Positions 58,105 through 64,000 of a stretch of DNA of 64,000 bases are shown here, piece after piece. A program made the position numbers and the translations under genes. This stretch comes from an uncultured Actinomycetes bacterium. Lineage in GTDB: Bacteria; Actinomycetota; UBA4738; HRBIN12. The stretch is taken from contig CAVXJC010000008.1 in the NCBI GenBank assembly GCA_963762075.1, forward strand, positions 91,543-155,542. Reading direction: 5' to 3'. Below the pieces are notes generated by a model. It made no database searches and was not told where the DNA came from. It saw nothing but the letters and a program-made list of their open reading frames with translations. Numbering within the stretch: position 1 is the first letter of the stretch; the number at the start of each line of letters is the position of its first letter.

Positions 58105-59466
58105 CTACAGCTGTGCCTGATCGAGGGCGTCCTGCGTCTGCTGCGTCGCGGCTTCGAGACCCTTCTGCAGATCGGACGCGTCACCCGTCTGCCAGTCCGA
58201 TGTGAAGTTGGCGAGGTACTGCTCGAGTTCCTCACCGATCACCGTCGTCGGTCGGTAGGCGGAGTCCGGATGATTGAAGGCATCCATGAACGTGCCGAAC
58301 TGCTCCGGCAGCTCCAGATCGGGCGAGTTGATCGCCTCGACCGTCGTGGGGACGTTGTTCACGTAGTTCGCCATGTAGACGAGCGTGTCGGTGTTCGTGG
58401 CGAGGTACTTCACCAGCAGCCAGGCCTCGGCCGGGTGCTCGGCACCGTTCGGGATGCCGATGATCGTGCCCCCGGCTACGCCCGAGCCGTACCGATCGGT
58501 GAGATCGGGCGCGGTCGGCAAGGGTGCGGTGTCGTAGTTGAGATCAGGTGCGAAGTCGGTCAGGAAGGCGTTGCGCCACTCCCCATCGATCTGCATGGCC
58601 ACCCGACCCTGCTGGAAGTCCTGCGGCTTGCCCCATTCGTTGCCGGCGCCGGCAACGAACGTCCGCAGCTTCTCGGCCCCGGTCTGGAAGTCTCCGTCGC
58701 CGTAAACCTCAGCGATGAAGTCGTGTTGCCATTGAAGCATCTCCGCCCAAGCCGGGTCGGAGGCGAACGCGGGGTTGCCTTCCTCGTCGAGGTACCGCGC
58801 CCCGAACATGTGGCCGAGATTCACCAGGTTGCTGCTGCAGCAGTAGTAGTCGGTCACGGGCACGAAGCCGGCCACCTTGATCGACCCGTCGGCGTTGAAC
58901 TCGGTGAGCGCCTTCGCATGCTCGGTGAGCTCGTCGGTCGTCGTCGGCGGACCCTGCAGGCCGGCCTTTTCGAACAGGTCGAGGTTGTAGTACAAGCCGG
59001 TCGTATCGGTCAGGAACGGCAGCGAGCATTGGGTGCCCTCGAAGCTCGTGTACGTGAGTGCCGCGTCAGGGAAGATGCTCCGATCGAACCCGGCCTCGCC
59101 ATCGATGTACGGGTTCAGATCGACCCAGGCGCCCGAGTCGCAGAACTTCCCGACGTTGTCGACGCCGAACGACAGGAACGCGTCGGGAGGGTTGCCCGCG
59201 TTGATCGCGGCGATCTGCTTCTCCTCGGTGACGCCGCACTTCGCGTCGACCGTGATCCATGAGTACTCGGTCTCGAAGCCATCCTTGAACGAGTTCTGCC
59301 ACTCGTCGCACTCACGCTTCGAGCTCCACTCTCCTGTCAGCGTCACGGTCACCGGCTCGTTCGACGCGGCGGGGTCAACGGTCGGGGCGGGCTCCTCATC
59401 GCCACCTGCCGTGCACGCCGCGGCCACGAGCGCGAGCGCGACCGTCGCCACCACCCAACGCTTCAT
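58105..59466 (-). CDS. Carbohydrate ABC substrate-binding lipoprotein
   Basis: GGAGGGAGG RBS; lipobox VAAAC; AGNPPD, LYYNLDLFEKAG, DGEW. Confidence 0.93.
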   Translation of the reverse strand: MKRWVVATVALALVAAACTAGGDEEPAPTVDPAASNEPVTVTLTGEWSSKRECDEWQNSFKDGFETEYSWITVDAKCGVTEEKQIAAINAGNPPDAFLSFGVDNVGKFCDSGAWVDLNPYIDGEAGFDRSIFPDAALTYTSFEGTQCSLPFLTDTTGLYYNLDLFEKAGLQGPPTTTDELTEHAKALTEFNADGSIKVAGFVPVTDYYCCSSNLVNLGHMFGARYLDEEGNPAFASDPAWAEMLQWQHDFIAEVYGDGDFQTGAEKLRTFVAGAGNEWGKPQDFQQGRVAMQIDGEWRNAFLTDFAPDLNYDTAPLPTAPDLTDRYGSGVAGGTIIGIPNGAEHPAEAWLLVKYLATNTDTLVYMANYVNNVPTTVEAINSPDLELPEQFGTFMDAFNHPDSAYRPTTVIGEELEQYLANFTSDWQTGDASDLQKGLEAATQQTQDALDQAQL

Positions 59467-59552
59467 CGTGCGCCTCCCTCCCTCGGGTCGACCCGAGATC
59501 CTTTCGATCTTTCCTCTGGTCGTACGTACGTTCCTGAGCGTTCGTTCGAGCA

Positions 59553-60749
59553 TCAAGCGGACACCTTCCCTCTGGCGAACAACTGGTCCTGGGCGGCTTG
59601 CAGGGCCATGAACACCGAGCCGTAGAGCGTCGCCTCCTCGCGCAGGACGGATGCTTCGACCCGGGGTCTGAACGGCGAGACCGAACGCAGCTCGCGCTCG
59701 ACGGACTCCATCAGCAGGTCGCCGTTCCCACCGATGCCGCCGCCGAGTATCACGAGCTCCGGGTCGACGACGGACGCAACGGCTGCGACCGCGAGCGCGA
59801 TCCGTTCCGATTCGATCACGACGACGCGCTTCGCCTTGCGATCGCCCTCCCGAGCCGCGTTGAACACCCGCTTGGCTGTGAGTGGCGGATCCATGCCGAG
59901 CTTGCGGGCCGTCGCCACCACGCCCGCCGCACTCGCCGCGGCGTCGAGCGGGCCCCGTCTCCGGCTGGCAGGGTCCTTGACGTCGGTGCCGGCGAGCGGA
60001 AGATAGGCGATCTCTCCCGCGGCCCCGCTGCTTCCTCGGAACAGCTCGCCGTGCAGGACGAGCCCCATGCCGACACCCGTGCCCACGTGCACATAGACGA
60101 AGTTCTCGATGCCCTTCCCGAGCCCTTGCCAATGCTCTCCGAGCGCAGCGAGGTTCACGTCGTTCTCGAAAGCCGTCTTGGTGCCGAGCTCTTCCTGGAC
60201 GGCGTCGACGATGCCCTCGCGGCCCCATCCGGGGAGGGAGTAGGCGAGCGCGACCTGTCCTCGGTTCGGCTCGAAGACGCCCGGGCTGCCCACGGTCGCG
60301 AACGTCACCTGCCGCCACCGGATGCCCGCGTCAGCGGCCAGTCCGTGGGCGATCGAACCGATCTGAGTGATCAGGGTCCGCGCGCTCTTGACCCGAGCCC
60401 GTTCGTCACGGCGCGCGACGAACTGGCCGGAGACGTCGGCGATCGCTGCACGCACCCAGTCACGGCCCACATCGATGCCGACCACCCAGCCGGCGCGTGG
60501 GTTCAGCTCGTAGAGCACCGCCGTGGGACCCTTCCCGCCATGGGAGCGACCCGCCTCGTGCACGAGCCCGGCTGCCTCGAGACCGGCAAGGGCCTGCGAC
60601 ACGGTGGGCTTGGACAGGGCCGTCTCGCGGGAGATCTGCGCCCTCGAGATCGGGCCGACGCGCAAGACGCAGTTCAGCACGGTCCGTTCGTTGATCGCCC
60701 GAAGCAGGCTGGGCGTTCCGGCTGGAGTGCGCTGGTCGAGGTTCGTCGT
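59553..60749 (-). CDS. ROK-family transcriptional regulator
   Basis: GTPSLLRAINERTVL, HTH ISRAQISRETALSKPTVS, ENDVNLAALGE, GAAGEI; start ACG 60749/60746 or GTG 60680. Confidence 0.93.
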   Translation of the reverse strand, partial: TTNLDQRTPAGTPSLLRAINERTVLNCVLRVGPISRAQISRETALSKPTVSQALAGLEAAGLVHEAGRSHGGKGPTAVLYELNPRAGWVVGIDVGRDWVRAAIADVSGQFVARRDERARVKSARTLITQIGSIAHGLAADAGIRWRQVTFATVGSPGVFEPNRGQVALAYSLPGWGREGIVDAVQEELGTKTAFENDVNLAALGEHWQGLGKGIENFVYVHVGTGVGMGLVLHGELFRGSSGAAGEIAYLPLAGTDVKDPASRRRGPLDAAASAAGVVATARKLGMDPPLTAKRVFNAAREGDRKAKRVVVIESERIALAVAAVASVVDPELVILGGGIGGNGDLLMESVERELRSVSPFRPRVEASVLREEATLYGSVFMALQAAQDQLFARGKVSA

Positions 60750-60760
60750 CGGACTCCCAG

Positions 60761-60777
60761 TTCGGAAACTTTCCTAA
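60761..60777. promoter_or_regulatory. Candidate ROK operator
   Basis: TTCGGAAACTTTCCTAA near-palindrome, AT-rich, just downstream of the predicted promoter. Confidence 0.75.
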
Positions 60778-60789
60778 CTATTCGGGCGG

Positions 60790-60819
60790 ATGCTACGCTC
60801 GCACCCCGACTCGAGTCAA
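60790..60819 (-). promoter_or_regulatory. Putative sigma70-type promoter of the ROK-ABC operon
   Basis: TTGACT-N18-TAGCAT on the minus strand. Confidence 0.7.
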
Positions 60820-60856
60820 GACAACTCATCGAACCTCACTGCAGGAAGGGCCCGCC

Positions 60857-61471
60857 ATGACGATCCTCGCAGCGGCACGGCTGATCGGGATCGTCCGCTA
60901 TCGCGCCGAGGGCGACCTGCCGGCGGTGCTCGACGCGCTGGCCGACGTCGGAGTGCCACTGCTGGAGGTGACGCTTGACACGCCCGGTGCACTGGAGGCG
61001 ATCGCCACGGTCGCAGGCGAGGGTGGCACGATCGGCGCGGGGACCGTGCTGGACGTCGACCAGGTGAGCATGTGCGCGGACGCGGGAGCCCGGTTCATCG
61101 TGTCGCCCGGTCTCCTCGAGGAAGTGGTGGTGGAGGGGTTGAGACGAGGCATGGAACCCATCCCCGGGGTGATGACGCCCACCGAGCTGCTTCGCGCGCG
61201 TCGACTCGGCGCCTCGGCCGTCAAGGTCTTCCCGGCGGGCCCTGCCGGTGGTCCGGCGCTGATCCACGCACTCCGCTCACCGTTCCCCGAGATCGGATTG
61301 GTCCCCACAGGCGGCATCGGTATCGACGAGGTGCGCGCATATCTCGACGCCGGCGCGACGGCCGTGGGCCTCGGGAACGCCCTGGTCGGAGACCACCCGC
61401 CCCGGTCCCAACAGGAGCTCCGAGGGCTGCGCTCCCGCGCGGCAGCGGCGGTCGCGGCGGCCACGGAGTGA
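60857..61471 (+). CDS. eda: KDPG/KHG aldolase
   Basis: LEVTL, IGAGTV, FIVSP, TPTE, VKVFPA, PTGG. Confidence 0.9.
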   Translation: MTILAAARLIGIVRYRAEGDLPAVLDALADVGVPLLEVTLDTPGALEAIATVAGEGGTIGAGTVLDVDQVSMCADAGARFIVSPGLLEEVVVEGLRRGMEPIPGVMTPTELLRARRLGASAVKVFPAGPAGGPALIHALRSPFPEIGLVPTGGIGIDEVRAYLDAGATAVGLGNALVGDHPPRSQQELRGLRSRAAAAVAAATE

Positions 61472-61484
61472 TCGAAGGCAGATC

Positions 61485-62378
61485 ATGACTCCCTTCGACG
61501 TGATCGCACTGGGCGAAACGATGCTATCCCTCGTCGCCCGTGACGGCCCGCTCGCGACCGCATCGGTATTCGAAGCCATGCATGGCGGAGCGGAGACGAA
61601 CGCGCTCGTCGCCCTCGCGCGCGCGGGTCTTCGCACCGCATGGGTGGGCCGTGTCGGCGACGATCCCGCTGGCGTGCGCGTGCACGATGCCCTCACACTC
61701 GAAGGCATCGACCTCCGATGGGTTCGAACCGACTCCCGACGCCCCACGGGACTGATGCTGCGAGACACCGAGGGCGGCGTGCGGTACTGGCGCGACGGTT
61801 CGGCCGCGAGCGCGATCGACGGGACCGACCTCGACGGCGTGCCGCTGGAGGAGTCCCGAGCGGTGCTCGTCACCGGTATCACCGCGATGATCGGGCCCGG
61901 GCCGGGCGCCGCCGCGACGAGCCTCCTCGAGCGCGCCGGCGGACTCCGTGTGGTCGACCCCAACCTCCGACCGCGACTCTGGGGCTCGGATCGGGCGCGA
62001 CAGCTCGTGCTACCGCTCGTAGAGCGCTGCGACATCGTGCTCGGCGGCGAACACGAGCTCACTTCACTCCTCGGCGGAACGGGCGAGTCGTCGGCGCGCC
62101 GGTGCTCCGAGCTGGGACCACGCGAGGTCGTCGTGAAGCGTGGCGCCGGGGGCGCCTGCGTCCTCACCCCCGATGGTGAATGGCTCGAGTTCCGGGCGTT
62201 GGCGGCGGACGAGGTCGACCCGGTCGGTGCCGGCGACGCCTTCAACGCCGGATACCTCGGGTCCCGACTCGGCGGCGGCTCGTGCGCCGAAGCCCTGGAA
62301 GCTGGAGGCTTCGCCGGGGCCGCGGCGGTGGGAGTGTTCGGCGACGTCGGTCCGAGGAAGCAGGTCGGCGATGTTTGA
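61485..62378 (+). CDS. kdgK: 2-keto-3-deoxygluconate kinase-like PfkB kinase
   Basis: LGETM, GGAETN, DPNLRPRLW, DPVGAGDAFNAG; follows eda. Confidence 0.78.
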   Translation: MTPFDVIALGETMLSLVARDGPLATASVFEAMHGGAETNALVALARAGLRTAWVGRVGDDPAGVRVHDALTLEGIDLRWVRTDSRRPTGLMLRDTEGGVRYWRDGSAASAIDGTDLDGVPLEESRAVLVTGITAMIGPGPGAAATSLLERAGGLRVVDPNLRPRLWGSDRARQLVLPLVERCDIVLGGEHELTSLLGGTGESSARRCSELGPREVVVKRGAGGACVLTPDGEWLEFRALAADEVDPVGAGDAFNAGYLGSRLGGGSCAEALEAGGFAGAAAVGVFGDVGPRKQVGDV

Positions 62379-62412
62379 ATCGGCCGGCGACTGGCGTACC
62401 GCCGCCGCGCGA

Positions 62413-63723
62413 TCAGAAGAACGTGACGACGGCGTCCACCACCCGATCGTTCTCGGCGACCACGGGGATCACCCTCCGGCGGTCGAACGCGGTGCATGGG
62501 TGCGATATGCCGAACCCTACGAGGTCGCCTGCGTCAAGAGGCATATCGCCATCGACGTCACAGATCGCGTGCTGGTCCATCAGTCGCCGCAACCGAAGGC
62601 TCCGAGCACCCGCACGGGCCCCGTTCGACCGCCGCACGCCGAGAGGCATCGGCGGGTCGATATCGGACGGCACGTCGCGCTTCCCGAGGCCGACGACCAC
62701 GACGCGCGGTTCGGGGCGCGACAACACGACGCCCCACGCCTCGAAGGCGGGCAGGAACCGGTCGCCAGGTTCGGGGGCCGACGACAGCGGCGAGTTGCGC
62801 TCGTACACGCCGTGGTCGTGGGTGAGATAGCACCCGGAACGGAGCACGACCCGCACCGGCAGGTCCCCGGGCCAGCCCACCATCATCGAGACGACGCGGT
62901 CGAAGAACGCGCTCCCTCCCGCACTGACGATCGCTTCGCCGGCGGCGTCGAACGCGCTGCGGCCGAGGAGCTCACGCGCGAGCACACGAAGATCGCTGAG
63001 GAATGCGTCCACAGCCAACAGGCATTCGGGGCCGCGGTCTCCGCAGATCGTGCCTTCGTAGCCCGCGACCCCGATGAGCATGAGCTCGGGTGTCTCGGCG
63101 ATCAACGCCGCGAGATCGAGCGCCTCGTCCAGGCTCCTGCACCCCGTGCGGCCGTCCTCGTGACCGAGTTCCACCAGCACCGGCAGAGGCCTGCCGGCGC
63201 CGGTCGCCACGAGCCCTTCGCGAAGGAGCGCCACCCCCTGCACCGAGTCGACCCAACACGCGAAGTCGAACCCGGGATCGGCGAGCTCGCGGCCCACCCA
63301 CCGGATCGAACCCGCATCGGTCAGTTCGTCAGCGAGCAGGATGCGGGGCACGCCCACGGCTCGCATCGTGCGAGCTTGCACGGGGGTTGCCGCCGTCATA
63401 CCCCACGCCCCCGCATCGAGCTGCTGGGCCCAGAGCTGCGGCGCCATCGATGTCTTCCCGTGCGGCGCGAGGTCGACACCGTTCGCTCGACAGTATGCCG
63501 ACATCACCTCCGTGTTGTGCTGGAGCGCGGCTGCCCGCAGCACCACGACGGGCGGCACGAGGTCGTCGAACAGGGACCACTCCTGCGCGCCGACAGCTGC
63601 CACGGCGATGTCAGCATCAGCGGGGAAACCCGTCGTGCAGGCATCGATGCGCGTGGCGAGCACCTCGCGCAGATCCAGTTCGGCTGCGGTCACCCTGAGC
63701 CCCGACATGCCAGGGGTGTGCAT
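62413..63723 (-). CDS. Fold-type III PLP enzyme (DSD1/D-amino-acid deaminase-like)
   Basis: LAPHGKTSMAPQL, GRTGCR, GYEG, LRSGCYLTHD, DQH, GISHPCTAFD; start 63723 or 63708. Confidence 0.88.
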   Translation of the reverse strand: MHTPGMSGLRVTAAELDLREVLATRIDACTTGFPADADIAVAAVGAQEWSLFDDLVPPVVVLRAAALQHNTEVMSAYCRANGVDLAPHGKTSMAPQLWAQQLDAGAWGMTAATPVQARTMRAVGVPRILLADELTDAGSIRWVGRELADPGFDFACWVDSVQGVALLREGLVATGAGRPLPVLVELGHEDGRTGCRSLDEALDLAALIAETPELMLIGVAGYEGTICGDRGPECLLAVDAFLSDLRVLARELLGRSAFDAAGEAIVSAGGSAFFDRVVSMMVGWPGDLPVRVVLRSGCYLTHDHGVYERNSPLSSAPEPGDRFLPAFEAWGVVLSRPEPRVVVVGLGKRDVPSDIDPPMPLGVRRSNGARAGARSLRLRRLMDQHAICDVDGDMPLDAGDLVGFGISHPCTAFDRRRVIPVVAENDRVVDAVVTFF

Positions 63724-63787
63724 GCGTCCACGGCGGTGACGCTAGCAGCAGCCCCACGAAGATCGAGGACAAGTGAGGAGCACGACG

Positions 63788-64000
63788 ATGCCTGAGCTCG
63801 CGGTCAACGGAGGTACGCCCGTTCGCTCGACGCCCTATCCCGTGTGGCCCGCACCCGACGAAGAGTATGTGGATGCGGTCGCTGAGGTCGTCCGCAGCGG
63901 TGTGTGGGGAGGGTTCCCGGAACCGGGGGTGAACGCGTCGGCCTTCGAAGAGGCGTTCGCCGAGTATCAGGGCGCGCGACACGGCATCGCGATGATGAAC
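63788..64000 (+). CDS. DegT/DnrJ/EryC1/StrS aminotransferase (5' part, truncated by the window edge)
   Basis: GAGGAG RBS; MPELAVNGGTPVR..WP..FEEAFAEYQGARHGIAMMN. Confidence 0.85.
   Translation, partial: MPELAVNGGTPVRSTPYPVWPAPDEEYVDAVAEVVRSGVWGGFPEPGVNASAFEEAFAEYQGARHGIAMMN

Noticed and set aside
1-64000. CRISPR array, IS element, prophage or integrase
   Set aside because: No regularly spaced repeats and no transposase, recombinase, cas or phage structural motifs seen

Overview
High-GC (about 70% by eye) chromosomal segment from an Actinomycetota-type bacterium. The first 22 kb is the conserved housekeeping block pth-rplY-prs-glmU-tRNA-Gln-ispE-rsmA-(rpfB-position gene)-tatD-metG-rsmI-pmt, with small accessory inserts. 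The rest holds metabolic and regulatory genes: CocE hydrolase, PfkB kinases with an MFS transporter, split glcDE/glcF, a PspC two-component locus, kynA, a form II cox-like SLM/DE cluster, an ECF42-type sigma factor, and a ROK-regulated sugar ABC/KDG cluster running off the right edge. No integrase, transposase, rRNA or CRISPR array was seen. Best leads: (1) a roughly 165-nt highly paired, possibly pseudoknotted leader before an uncharacterised protein with a basic N-terminus, divergent from metG; (2) a PAP2-like/kinase fusion, membrane adenylyl cyclase and orphan osmoprotectant-binding lipoprotein in one cluster; (3) a perfect LexA box and an RBS-occluding hairpin before a DUF348/G5/RlpA gene in the rpfB slot; (4) three genes of one operon that appear to need ACG, ATC or ATA starts. 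Three single-base frameshifts may be assembly errors. Calls come from motif recognition by eye, no searches were run, and many start codons are estimates.
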